Source: Patescibacteria group bacterium
Lineage (GTDB): Bacteria; Patescibacteriota; Patescibacteriia; Patescibacteriales; UBA12465
NCBI GenBank assembly: GCA_038323715.1
Contig: JBBQHF010000001.1
Span: 45,549 to 109,548, forward strand
Length of the DNA stretch: 64,000 nt
Direction: 5' to 3'
Shown: positions 1-8,779 of the stretch, piece by piece
Layout: each line of letters opens with the position of its first letter
Numbering within the stretch: the first letter of the stretch is position 1
Notes under the pieces: model-generated
The model's database searches: none
What the model saw: only the letters and a program-made list of their open reading frames with translations
What the model was told of the DNA's origin: nothing
Made by a program: the position numbers and the translations under genes

Positions 1-106
1 AATTGTTTATCTATTATTATAGGTAATAGTTCGTCAGAATACGCGACTAACGGTCGCGTTTTCTATTGGCCGGATAACGGTCATTTTTATTTATTTTTAT
101 TAATAT

Positions 107-1891
107 ATGGACATAAGAAACATTGCCATTATTGCTCACGTTGACCACGGAAAAACGACTCTAACCGATTCTTTATTGCGTCAAACTGGAATGGTTACCG
201 ATAGTAGTAGCATGGATAGCAATTCAATAGAACAGGAAAGAGGCATTACTATTTATGCTAAAAACTGTAGCCTTTTTTATAAAGATTCTAAAATTAATAT
301 TGTTGACACTCCGGGCCACGCTGATTTTAGTTCTGAGGTAGAGCGTGTTTTGCGTTCCATAGATTCTGTCTTATTAGTGGTTGATGCTCAAGAGGGACCG
401 ATGCCACAAACTAAATTTGTTTTAAAAAAATCTTTAGAGCTAGGACTTAGGCCGATTGTTGTTATTAATAAAGTTGATAAGCCCGCCGCAAGGCCAGCTG
501 AGGTTGCGGAAATGGTGTATGAGTTATTTTTAGACCTAGGCGCTAGTGATGAGCAATTAGACTTCCCAGTTATATACGCGATTAGTAAGGGCGGAAAAGC
601 TGGTTTAGAAGCTGATAAGTTGGCTGATAACTTAGACCCACTATTAGATTTAATTATAGAAAAGGTCGCTCCGGCGGCTACTTTAGAAATGACAAACTTA
701 CCTCTAACTGCTCAACCTTTTAATTTAGCTTATGATAATTTTTTGGGTCGTTGCGCCGTTGCCCGTATTTATAACGGAAAAGTGAAGACTGGTCAAAATG
801 TATTCATTGAAAACTTAAGTGGAGAAACTCGTTCTGGAAAAATTACTAAATTATTTACTTTCCATGGGTTAATGAGAAAGGAAATTACCGAGGCTACCGC
901 AGGAGACATCGTTTTGATTGCCGGTTTATCCGATATCTATATTGGAGAAACAATTTCTGAAAATGCCAACCAAGAAGCTTTGCCAGCGATTTCTATTGAT
1001 GAACCGACTATTTGTTTAAATTTCTTAATCAATAATTCTCCTTTTGCAGGGCGTGAAGGTAAGTATGTTACTAATCGCCAACTTAAAGAACGTTTAGAAA
1101 AAGAATTAGAAGTTAATGTTGGTTTAAAGATAGATTTTTCTGATACTAATTTTTATAAAGTTTATGGACGCGGTGAACTTCATATCGCAGTTTTATTAGA
1201 AAACATGAGACGTGAAGGATATGAAGTCCAGGTATCTCAACCCCAGGTTATCATTAAAGAGGAAAATGGTAAGAAGATGGAGCCTTACGAAGAGGCTAGT
1301 ATTGATATTCCAGAAGCAGCTGCCGGAGTCGTAATTGAGAAAATGTCCAAGAGAAAGGGGCAAATCACAGATTTAAAGACGCACAATGGTCAAACTAGAA
1401 TTATTTTTTCTATCCCGACCAGAGGCTTGCTTGGTTATCGTGAAGAATTTGTGGTTGATACTAGAGGAGAGGGAATTTTATGCACTCATTTTTTAGGCTT
1501 TCAGGAATGGGCCGGAGACATTGAAAGAAGTGCGCTTGGTTCTATGGTCTCTATGGTTGGCGGTAAGGTACTTGCTTATTCTTTGTGGAGTTTACAAGAA
1601 AGAGGAGTTTTATATATTCAACCAAACATTGAAGTTTATGAAGGAATGGTGTTGGGTAATGTCTCTAAAGGAAATGATTTAGCCGTTAATCCAATTAAGG
1701 GTAAAAAGCTAACTAACGTTAGAGCTTCAGGAACTGACGAAGCAATTAACCTCACTCCACCTTGGGCCTTAAGTTTAGAAAGAGGACTAAGTATTATTAA
1801 TGATGATGAATATTTAGAAGTAACTCCACACAATATCAGATTACGTAAAAAATATTTAACAGAAACGGAGAGAGTCAGAGCAAAAAGATAA
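107..1891 (+). CDS. typA: Translational GTPase TypA/BipA
   Basis: IRNIAIIAHVDHGKTT, ERGITI, DTPGHADF, NKVD, GRGELH and C-terminal EVTP.NIRLRK motifs. Confidence 0.97.
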   Translation: MDIRNIAIIAHVDHGKTTLTDSLLRQTGMVTDSSSMDSNSIEQERGITIYAKNCSLFYKDSKINIVDTPGHADFSSEVERVLRSIDSVLLVVDAQEGPMPQTKFVLKKSLELGLRPIVVINKVDKPAARPAEVAEMVYELFLDLGASDEQLDFPVIYAISKGGKAGLEADKLADNLDPLLDLIIEKVAPAATLEMTNLPLTAQPFNLAYDNFLGRCAVARIYNGKVKTGQNVFIENLSGETRSGKITKLFTFHGLMRKEITEATAGDIVLIAGLSDIYIGETISENANQEALPAISIDEPTICLNFLINNSPFAGREGKYVTNRQLKERLEKELEVNVGLKIDFSDTNFYKVYGRGELHIAVLLENMRREGYEVQVSQPQVIIKEENGKKMEPYEEASIDIPEAAAGVVIEKMSKRKGQITDLKTHNGQTRIIFSIPTRGLLGYREEFVVDTRGEGILCTHFLGFQEWAGDIERSALGSMVSMVGGKVLAYSLWSLQERGVLYIQPNIEVYEGMVLGNVSKGNDLAVNPIKGKKLTNVRASGTDEAINLTPPWALSLERGLSIINDDEYLEVTPHNIRLRKKYLTETERVRAKR

Positions 1892-1908
1892 TTTTTAAGT
1901 CAAGCAAT

Positions 1909-1935
1909 AAAAAAAGGGGCTAAGGCCTCTTTTTT
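1909..1935. terminator. Bidirectional intrinsic terminator between convergent typA and rnhB
   Basis: AAAAAGGGGC-TAAG-GCCTCTTTTT hairpin flanked by A and T runs; overlaps the rnhB stop codon. Confidence 0.7.
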
Positions 1936-2552
1936 GTTTTTATTCTTATTGGGGCGAAAGAAAAGCGGTGAATGGCACAGGGTCCGTATTCTTTAATTTT
2001 TTCTAGATGATCTTTAGTGCCATAGCCTTTATGTTTGGCGAATAAATATTGAGGATAGGTTTTATCAAATTCACTCATCATCCAGTCTCGACTCACTTTA
2101 GCAATTATAGAGGCAGCGGCTATTACCCAGACTTTCGTGTCCCCCTTTATGATAGCCGTTTGCGGTGTATCAAGTTTTGGTATCTTAAAGCCGCCATCTA
2201 CGAGAATATAATCAGGCTGAATCTTTAGTTTTTTGATAGCCCTTCTCATCGCCAGAAAGCTAGCCTGTAAAATGTTTATTTTATCAATATCTTCATTATT
2301 CACAATTCCGATTTCAACCGCCAAGGCTTTTTCCCTGATGGCTTTAAATATCTTTTCTCTATTTTTGGCCGATAATTTTTTAGAATCAGCCACTAATTCT
2401 AAATCTCCAGGCTCTATTTCAAAGTCAGGCCCGATAACAACGCAGGCGGCCACTACGGGGCCAGCCAAAGGCCCTCGTCCGGCTTCATCAACCCCGCCGA
2501 TTAATTTGTAATTTAACTCAAAAAATTTTTTCTCTGTTTCTAAATTTAACAT
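1920..2552 (-). CDS. rnhB: Ribonuclease HII
   Basis: GVDEAGRGPLAGPVV, DSKKL, VDG, KGD, AASIIAKV.RD, HKGYGT motifs. Confidence 0.97.
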   Translation of the reverse strand: MLNLETEKKFFELNYKLIGGVDEAGRGPLAGPVVAACVVIGPDFEIEPGDLELVADSKKLSAKNREKIFKAIREKALAVEIGIVNNEDIDKINILQASFLAMRRAIKKLKIQPDYILVDGGFKIPKLDTPQTAIIKGDTKVWVIAAASIIAKVSRDWMMSEFDKTYPQYLFAKHKGYGTKDHLEKIKEYGPCAIHRFSFAPIRIKTKKRP

Positions 2553-2634
2553 ATGAAATATTATACCATATTTGGCTTATTTTAGGTATTATTTACTAAA
2601 TATGGCAGTAATACCATAAAATGCCTTTTTGCTA

Positions 2635-2663
2635 TTGACATATATTTTTATTTGTATTATAAT
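2635..2663 (+). promoter_or_regulatory. Consensus sigma70 promoter
   Basis: TTGACA (2635-2640), 17 nt spacer, TATAAT (2658-2663). Confidence 0.85.
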
Positions 2664-2669
2664 TATTTA

Positions 2670-2813
2670 GCGATTAGTTGTGCTTTGTGTTCATTAGAGG
2701 TAAGTTAGTCTATCTACGAGAGGGACTTAAAGTTTAAGATGATTGACTTACGGGGACGATGTCCCCAACTTGTTTAGGGTTAAGGATGTTTTTTACGTTC
2801 TTAACCCTTTTTT
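2670..2813 (+). ncRNA. Candidate structured small RNA of unknown family
   Basis: Lies between a consensus promoter and a strong terminator; stems 2700-2710/2741-2751 (with G-U pairs) and GGGGAC-GAT-GTCCCC (2752-2766); no convincing ORF. Confidence 0.55.
2776..2813 (+). terminator. Intrinsic terminator
   Basis: 14-bp stem AGGGTTAAGGATGT/ACGTTCTTAACCCT followed by a T run. Confidence 0.8.
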
Positions 2814-2814
2814 A

Positions 2815-2843
2815 TTGACTTTATGAAATAAAAATGTTAATAA
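2815..2843 (+). promoter_or_regulatory. Putative sigma70 promoter for the orphan ORF at 2869
   Basis: TTGACT, 17 nt, TAATAA with extended -10 TG. Confidence 0.5.
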
Positions 2844-2868
2844 GTAATCAGTACCAAAACAATTTATC

Positions 2869-3321
2869 ATGGGAAAACAAGAGTATGTTTATGTTTTTCA
2901 AGCCGGAAAGCATAAAGGCGAATTATTGCACGAGGTTTTTTTAAAAGACCCAATCTTTATTGCTGGACTCTACCAAAATTCTTTTAGCGATAAGTTCGCT
3001 ATTAAGAATAAAAACAAATTGCAATTAGCAATGGAGAATCTTCTACAAAAAATTAAGGAGATTGATGCGACCAGAGAATGCCCTTATTGTCGGCGGAGAA
3101 AGGTGGAATATTTCCTTTTTCCCGATTTTGGTTCTATTGACAATAATTTTTGCTGTAGCAATGAAGTCTGCCGGGAAGAGCTAAAATCAGCTCGATCGGG
3201 AGACTTACATTTAATTAGCGATTTTATGTTGTTAATAAGTTTTGTGCCAAAACAGCAGGCACAAAAAATTTTTTCTATCTTCAAGAGAACTCATAAACAT
3301 TACGCCGAAGTATTTAACTAA
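2869..3321 (+). CDS. Hypothetical protein with an N-terminal F..GKHKG motif and a putative Zn-binding CxxC...CC...C module
   Basis: 150 aa ORF with own promoter and terminator; CPYC and CCSNEVC. Confidence 0.7.
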   Translation: MGKQEYVYVFQAGKHKGELLHEVFLKDPIFIAGLYQNSFSDKFAIKNKNKLQLAMENLLQKIKEIDATRECPYCRRRKVEYFLFPDFGSIDNNFCCSNEVCREELKSARSGDLHLISDFMLLISFVPKQQAQKIFSIFKRTHKHYAEVFN

Positions 3322-3362
3322 TCCCCCTTGGTTAAGCTCGGTATTTTGAATTAAACAGTGCC

Positions 3363-3394
3363 AAGCTCGTTTCCTTTTGGAGACGGGCTTTTTT
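3363..3394 (+). terminator. Intrinsic terminator
   Basis: AAGCTCGTTTCC-TTTT-GGAGACGGGCTT followed by a T run. Confidence 0.75.
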
Positions 3395-3478
3395 CTGGGT
3401 TAATTTTAAAATTTAGTGATTATTTATGCATTATATGTTAAAATATATAAGTAAAAATTAATTTTAAAAGATAATTAT

Positions 3479-4009
3479 ATGAAAAAAGAACATTATTTAT
3501 TTATCATTTTTTTAGTCATTGTTGTATCGGCAGTCATTTTACGTTTAACATCTTTCGGTAATAAAAAAATAATTGAAAAACCAGTAATTAACAATAATGT
3601 AAGCGAGGCTAGTACTAGCCCGATTAGCGTTGATGCGGCCACTAACACAACCGCGACTCCTACTCCCGTAAATGATGCCACCCTTGTAGTTTTTGAGGTC
3701 CAATTATTGAATCCGATTCCGAGTCAAATTATTAGCTCGCCTTTAGAAGTTGAAGGACGGGCTTTAGGGGGCTGGTTTTTTGAGGCAACTTTACCTATTA
3801 AATTAATTTCTGAAAATGGTGATTTAATTACCCAGGGTTATGGTCAGGCACAGAGCGATTGGATGACTAGTGATTTTGTAGATTTTAAATCAACTTTAGA
3901 GTTTACCACTACCTCAACGAGCGGCTATTTAATTATTTCTAAAGACAACCCCTCTGGTTTGCCCGAGAATGATAATTCGGTAGCCTTCCCAGTTTTATTT
4001 AGCAACTAA
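3479..4009 (+). CDS. Membrane-anchored Gmad2 immunoglobulin-like domain protein
   Basis: N-terminal TM helix, Thr/Pro linker, G.A.G.WFFEA...DWMT...KDNPSGLPE signature. Confidence 0.8.
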   Translation: MKKEHYLFIIFLVIVVSAVILRLTSFGNKKIIEKPVINNNVSEASTSPISVDAATNTTATPTPVNDATLVVFEVQLLNPIPSQIISSPLEVEGRALGGWFFEATLPIKLISENGDLITQGYGQAQSDWMTSDFVDFKSTLEFTTTSTSGYLIISKDNPSGLPENDNSVAFPVLFSN

Positions 4010-4012
4010 TAT

Positions 4013-5431
4013 ATGATTAAACTTTATTTATATAACACCCTTAATCGTAAAAAGGAGATATTTAAATCAATAAATAATAAATTGGTTGGTTTATATACTT
4101 GCGGGCCGACTGTTTATAATTTTGCGCATATTGGTAATTTGCGTTCTTATTTGTTTGAAGACTTTTTAAAAAGAACTCTAGAATATAATGGTTATCAGGT
4201 TAAACATATAATGAATATTACCGATGTTGGGCACTTAACTGGCGACATGGATATGGGAGAGGATAAAATGGAGAAGGGGGCGAAACGTGAGGGTCGGAGC
4301 GCTTGGGAAATTGCTGATTTATATACTCAAGCTTTTAAAATAGATTTACAGGCTTTAAATATTGAATCTCCAACCAAGTGGTGCAAGGTTACTGACAATA
4401 TTCCCGAACAAATTGCTTTGATAAAAAAATTAGAGAAAAAAGGATTTACTTATAAGACAAGCGACGGAGTATATTTTAATACGGCAAAAGTTAAAACTTA
4501 TAATAAATTAAGTCATTTATCTCTAGATACGCTCAAGGAGGGCGCGCGCGTAGAAAAAAATCCTGAAAAGCAAAATGCCACTGATTTTGCTCTTTGGAAA
4601 TTTTCTCCAGTTGGCACAAGGAGACAGATGGAATGGGATTCGCCTTGGGGGGTTGGCTTTCCTGGATGGCATATAGAATGCTCGGCAATTAGTTTAAAAT
4701 ATTTATCTAAAAATTTAGATATTCATTGCGGCGGGGCTGATCATATTAATGTTCATCATACTAATGAGATTGCTCAGTCAGAAGCGGCCACTGGCCATCA
4801 GTTTTTTAATTACTGGCTTCATGGGGCCTTTCTTAATATTAAAGGAGGGAAGAAAATGGCTAAGAGCGAAGATGGTTTTTTAACTTTGAATAGAGCGCTG
4901 ATTGATAAGAGCCTGAGCCCGCTTGTTTATCGTTTTGCTGCTTGCCAGGTCCATTATCGTAAGCCAATGGAATATAGTGATGATAATTTAAAACAAGCCC
5001 AGCAAGGCCTTAATCGGTTGTGGGAACAGGTTGCGCTACTTGGAGATAAAAAGGGTAAGGTTAATAAAATTTTTAAGGATAAATTTTTGCTTGCCATAAA
5101 TGATGATTTAAATATGCCCAAGGCTTTAGCAGTTTTAGCCTCAGTCTTTAAATCAAAAATGACATTGGGAGATAAGTTGGCAACTGTTTTGGATTTTGAT
5201 AAAGTTCTCGGGTTAGGCTTTGATAAGAAACATTATTTTATAAAAGTGGAGACTGGAAAATTTGCCTTAAAAGGTTTGGGCGTTGATATGGTTCTTGAAT
5301 CATTAAAAAAACGAGAAATTGCTAGAAAAAATAAAGATTGGGTTTTAGCTGATAAATTACGTTTAGAAATTGAAGCGGCGGGATATTTAATTGAAGACAC
5401 GGCCGCTGGTTCAAAGATAAAGAAAATATAA
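4013..5431 (+). CDS. cysS: Cysteine--tRNA ligase
   Basis: YTCGPTVY, HIGN, DFALWK, PGWHIECSA, KMAKS. Confidence 0.98.
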   Translation: MIKLYLYNTLNRKKEIFKSINNKLVGLYTCGPTVYNFAHIGNLRSYLFEDFLKRTLEYNGYQVKHIMNITDVGHLTGDMDMGEDKMEKGAKREGRSAWEIADLYTQAFKIDLQALNIESPTKWCKVTDNIPEQIALIKKLEKKGFTYKTSDGVYFNTAKVKTYNKLSHLSLDTLKEGARVEKNPEKQNATDFALWKFSPVGTRRQMEWDSPWGVGFPGWHIECSAISLKYLSKNLDIHCGGADHINVHHTNEIAQSEAATGHQFFNYWLHGAFLNIKGGKKMAKSEDGFLTLNRALIDKSLSPLVYRFAACQVHYRKPMEYSDDNLKQAQQGLNRLWEQVALLGDKKGKVNKIFKDKFLLAINDDLNMPKALAVLASVFKSKMTLGDKLATVLDFDKVLGLGFDKKHYFIKVETGKFALKGLGVDMVLESLKKREIARKNKDWVLADKLRLEIEAAGYLIEDTAAGSKIKKI

Positions 5432-5433
5432 CA

Positions 5434-6432
5434 ATGAGGGAAAATAATTTTTGGAAAAAATTAAAGAAATCTGGTAAACCTATTTTGGCTTTGGCACCAA
5501 TGGCCGGATTTACTGATTCAATTTTCCGTCGTATATGTAAAAAATATGGGGCGGATGTTGTGTATAGTGAAATGGCTTCCGCTACCGCATTATATTACGG
5601 CTCACAGGCAAAAAATAAGCCTCAACGTATAGGAGGCGAAAATGCAACCTTGCGACTTCTTAAATTTAATAGTCGTCTGGAAAAGTATTACGTTGTTCAG
5701 TTGTTTGGTTCTGACCCGGAGCATTTTGCGGTGGCTACTCGTATTATAACTGAAAAAGTAAAACCGGATGGAATTGATATTAACTTTGGTTGCCCCGTGA
5801 GTAAAATTGTAAAACAGGGTGCGGGCGCTGATTTAATGAAAGATTTAACTCGGGCTCGAGAAGTAATTAAGGCTGTATTAGATTCCACAAATCTCCCGGT
5901 TTCAATCAAGATAAGAGCTAAGTCGGGTGAGGTGGATGCCCTAACATTTTTAAAAAACATTTCCGATTTACCGATATCGGCCGTGATGATACATGGGAGA
6001 ACACTGAGCCAGGGATTCGCTGGTGGTCCCGACTTTGAGTTAATAAGAGCAGCGCGTCAATATTTCCCGGGAGTGATTTTGGCTAATGGTGGAATAAATA
6101 ATTTGGAAGAAGCGAGACAAATGCTGGATAAGACTGGCGCTGATGGTTTAGGTTTAGCGCGTGGTATCCTGGGTCGTCCTTGGTTATTTAAAGAAATAAA
6201 AAATAACAGGCAAATAGATTTCACTTTGAAACAGATTCTAAAATTAATGCTGGAGCAGGCGATAATGACTAAAAAAATAAAAAATGAAAACGCCTTAGTA
6301 GATTTGCGCAAACATTTAGTTTGGTATGTGCAAGGTTTGACGGGTGCCGCCAAATTAAGAGAAAGGCTTGTGACTATTAGTACGGTGAAAGAAATAAAAA
6401 ATATTATCAAAGATTATCAGACAAAAATATGA
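5434..6432 (+). CDS. dusB: tRNA-dihydrouridine synthase (DusB-like)
   Basis: LAPMAGFTD, QLFG, DINFGCP, HGRT, ANGGI. Confidence 0.9.
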   Translation: MRENNFWKKLKKSGKPILALAPMAGFTDSIFRRICKKYGADVVYSEMASATALYYGSQAKNKPQRIGGENATLRLLKFNSRLEKYYVVQLFGSDPEHFAVATRIITEKVKPDGIDINFGCPVSKIVKQGAGADLMKDLTRAREVIKAVLDSTNLPVSIKIRAKSGEVDALTFLKNISDLPISAVMIHGRTLSQGFAGGPDFELIRAARQYFPGVILANGGINNLEEARQMLDKTGADGLGLARGILGRPWLFKEIKNNRQIDFTLKQILKLMLEQAIMTKKIKNENALVDLRKHLVWYVQGLTGAAKLRERLVTISTVKEIKNIIKDYQTKI

Positions 6433-6809
6433 TCTTACTTATTAATACCGCTTCAAATAAGGAAATTGTTATTGGCCTTCAGAACGCGAAAGGAAAAATT
6501 ATAATAAAAAAAATCAAAGTAGATAGAAATCAATCAGAAAAATTATTATCAGCGATTAATAAACTGCTCATAAAAGAAAAAATCAAATTAAATAATTTGA
6601 AAAAAATAATTGTGAACAATCAGGGTGGTAGTTTTACTTCTTTACGAATTGGGGTCGTAACGGCTAACGCCCTAGCTTATGCTTTGGGCATTCCGATTGA
6701 ATCGGAAAATGGTAAAAAAACTAAAAAAATATTTTCTGGATACTCTATTATAGAGCCCATATATGACACTGCCCCTAATATTGGTAAGGCAAAAATGCCT
6801 GTGCACTAG
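6429..6809 (+). CDS. tsaB: Short TsaB-like (YeaZ) t6A protein
   Basis: ILLINTA start, SEKLL, GSFTSLRIG...ANALA motif; only 126 aa. Confidence 0.8.
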   Translation: MILLINTASNKEIVIGLQNAKGKIIIKKIKVDRNQSEKLLSAINKLLIKEKIKLNNLKKIIVNNQGGSFTSLRIGVVTANALAYALGIPIESENGKKTKKIFSGYSIIEPIYDTAPNIGKAKMPVH

Positions 6810-6850
6810 TTGTTGAAAACTTTTTACAAATTTGGCAAAAAATATTATAT

Positions 6851-6884
6851 AAAAAAAGCTACTTGTTGATAAGTAGTTTTTTTT
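6851..6884. terminator. Intrinsic terminator after cysS-dusB-tsaB
   Basis: AAAAAAAGCTACTT-GTTGAT-AAGTAGTTTTTTTT. Confidence 0.65.
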
Positions 6885-6920
6885 GTAGCTTTTTCTCTTA
6901 TTTTACATTAAATAAAGGTG

Positions 6921-6982
6921 TTGACCGTAGGGGGTTGGTGGTGTATAATTAAACTTGTAAGGTGAATTGTGGGGAAGATAGG
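6921..6982 (+). promoter_or_regulatory. mraZ/dcw promoter with degenerate MraZ-type G-rich repeats
   Basis: TTGACC (6921), 17 nt, TATAAT (6944-6949); GTAGG, GTGGT, GTAAG, GTGGG elements in an otherwise AT-rich region. Confidence 0.65.
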
Positions 6983-7016
6983 TGATTCTTTCGGAATTAG
7001 CTCTCCCCTTAATCCT

Positions 7017-7448
7017 ATGTTTATCGGAGAATACAATCATAATCTTGACGAAAAAGGACGCTTAGCGGTACCAGTAAAATTTCGTGCGATTTTGAAAAAG
7101 GGAGCAGTTGCTACCAAGGGATTGGATAACTGTCTTTTTGTATATTCTAAGGAACAGTTTGAAATCATTGCTAAAAAATTTGCCGCCTTACCTCTGAGTC
7201 AATCTAAGGCTAGAGCCTTTGCTAGACACATGTTAGCTGGGGCGATGGAGGTTGAATTCGATAATCAGGGAAGAATAACTTTACCAGAGTATCTGAGAAA
7301 ATTTTCCAGCTTGAAGAAAAAAGTAATTATTGCTGGCTTGTATAACCATTTAGAAATTTGGGATGAAGGCGCTTGGAATAAATATAAACTAGAGTCGGAA
7401 AAGAATAGTAATGCTATCGCGGAGGAACTGGGAGATTTAGGAATTTAA
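7017..7448 (+). CDS. mraZ: Transcriptional regulator MraZ
   Basis: MFIGEY...DEKGRLAVP, DNQGRI, LEIWD; ATG at 7017 preferred over the track's GTG at 6969. Confidence 0.96.
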   Translation: MFIGEYNHNLDEKGRLAVPVKFRAILKKGAVATKGLDNCLFVYSKEQFEIIAKKFAALPLSQSKARAFARHMLAGAMEVEFDNQGRITLPEYLRKFSSLKKKVIIAGLYNHLEIWDEGAWNKYKLESEKNSNAIAEELGDLGI

Positions 7449-7449
7449 T

Positions 7450-8337
7450 ATGGAATTCAAGCATATCCCAGTAATGCTGGATGAAGTACTGGAATCTTTA
7501 AAGCCTGAGCCGGGAGAAATTTTTATAGATTGTACTCTCGGTGGCGCGGGTTATACCATGGCGATTGCCGATGCTGTCGGAGCCAAAGGCCAAGTGTTGG
7601 GAATCGATCTTGATAAGAATGCGCTGAATCACGCTAATAAAAAAATTAAAGAAAGGAAATTTAAAAATATACAGTTAGTGCAGGGTAATTTTAAAAATTT
7701 ACAAAGTATTGCCGCTAAGGCTTTTGGAGAAAAACAAAAGGTTGATGGGATTGTCTTTGATTTAGGGCTTTCCTCTTTCCAACTTGATGATGAGACTCGC
7801 GGATTTTCTTTTAAGGGAGAAAGACCACTAGATATGTCGTTTGGCCCGGAGATTGAAGAAACTACCGTTGATATTATAAATAATTACTCTTTGTTAGAGC
7901 TTACTAGAATATTTAGAGAATATGGCGAAGAGCAGCGTGCTTATCAGATTGCTAAAGCGATTGTTGAATCAAGAAAGATAAACAAAATTGAAAAAAATTC
8001 AGATTTAGTGAAAATAATAGAAGCTAAAGTCCCAATCCGTTTTAGAACAAAAATCCATCCCGCCACTAGAATATTTCAGGCCTTGCGCATGGAAACTAAC
8101 GGTGAATTAAAAAATTTAGCTAGCGCTTTACCCCAAGCAAAAAATCTTTTAAAACCTGGAGGTCGGTTGGTACTGGTATCTTTTCATAGCGGCGAGGACA
8201 GGATAGTAAAATGGTTTTTAAGAAATGATAATGATTTTGAAATCATAACCAAGCGGCCGCTTATCCCGTGTGCTCAAGAAGCAGCTGAGAATCCTAGGGC
8301 GCGCAGTGCTAAATTACGATTTGCCAAAAAAATATAA
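7450..8337 (+). CDS. rsmH: 16S rRNA m4C1402 methyltransferase
   Basis: HIPVML, DCTLGGAG, DLGLSS.QLD...RGFSF, SFHSGEDR, NPRARSAKLR. Confidence 0.97.
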   Translation: MEFKHIPVMLDEVLESLKPEPGEIFIDCTLGGAGYTMAIADAVGAKGQVLGIDLDKNALNHANKKIKERKFKNIQLVQGNFKNLQSIAAKAFGEKQKVDGIVFDLGLSSFQLDDETRGFSFKGERPLDMSFGPEIEETTVDIINNYSLLELTRIFREYGEEQRAYQIAKAIVESRKINKIEKNSDLVKIIEAKVPIRFRTKIHPATRIFQALRMETNGELKNLASALPQAKNLLKPGGRLVLVSFHSGEDRIVKWFLRNDNDFEIITKRPLIPCAQEAAENPRARSAKLRFAKKI

Positions 8338-8412
8338 GTTTATTTTACAGAATTACGGTCAAATTAAAATTCAATAATTTTTAAATTATTTATATCTTAG
8401 TTAAGAAGTCTT

Positions 8413-8754
8413 ATGACCAAGATCGTCAATTGCTATAATTCGCAATTAAAACCAAAAACAGAAAAAAAATCTTTGAATCTGAAGATTGTTAACACTTTTC
8501 TTTGTTTGGGGGTTTTTGCTTTAGGGTTTGCTTATTTGATAGGAATTAGCGATCTAACCGTCAAAGGGTTTGTTTTACAAGAACTCAAAGGACAAGCCTC
8601 TAGTTTAGTGGCTGAGAAATTGGATAATGAGCAAAAAGTTGATGCTTTGCAATCATATTATGCTTTGAATTCCAGGGCGCAGAATTTGGACATGGTTCTA
8701 ATTAGTGATATTGAATATTTATCTCTTGGAGGCCACGTAGTTGCTAAGAAATAA
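8413..8754 (+). CDS. Putative FtsL-like cell division protein
   Basis: Bitopic TM plus coiled coil, in the canonical position between rsmH and ftsI. Confidence 0.6.
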   Translation: MTKIVNCYNSQLKPKTEKKSLNLKIVNTFLCLGVFALGFAYLIGISDLTVKGFVLQELKGQASSLVAEKLDNEQKVDALQSYYALNSRAQNLDMVLISDIEYLSLGGHVVAKK

Positions 8755-8779
8755 CACCTTATAAACTCTATCAGTTTTT

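Noticed and set aside
2739-2777. 12-codon mini-ORF MIDLRGRCPQLV inside the candidate sRNA
   Set aside because: Very short, start buried in a stem and no supporting features; cannot be fully excluded.
6969-7016. N-terminal extensions in the ORF track for mraZ, and similarly at 14128, 15136, 33855 and 40674
   Set aside because: Downstream ATGs match family N-termini and avoid overlap with promoters or neighbouring genes.
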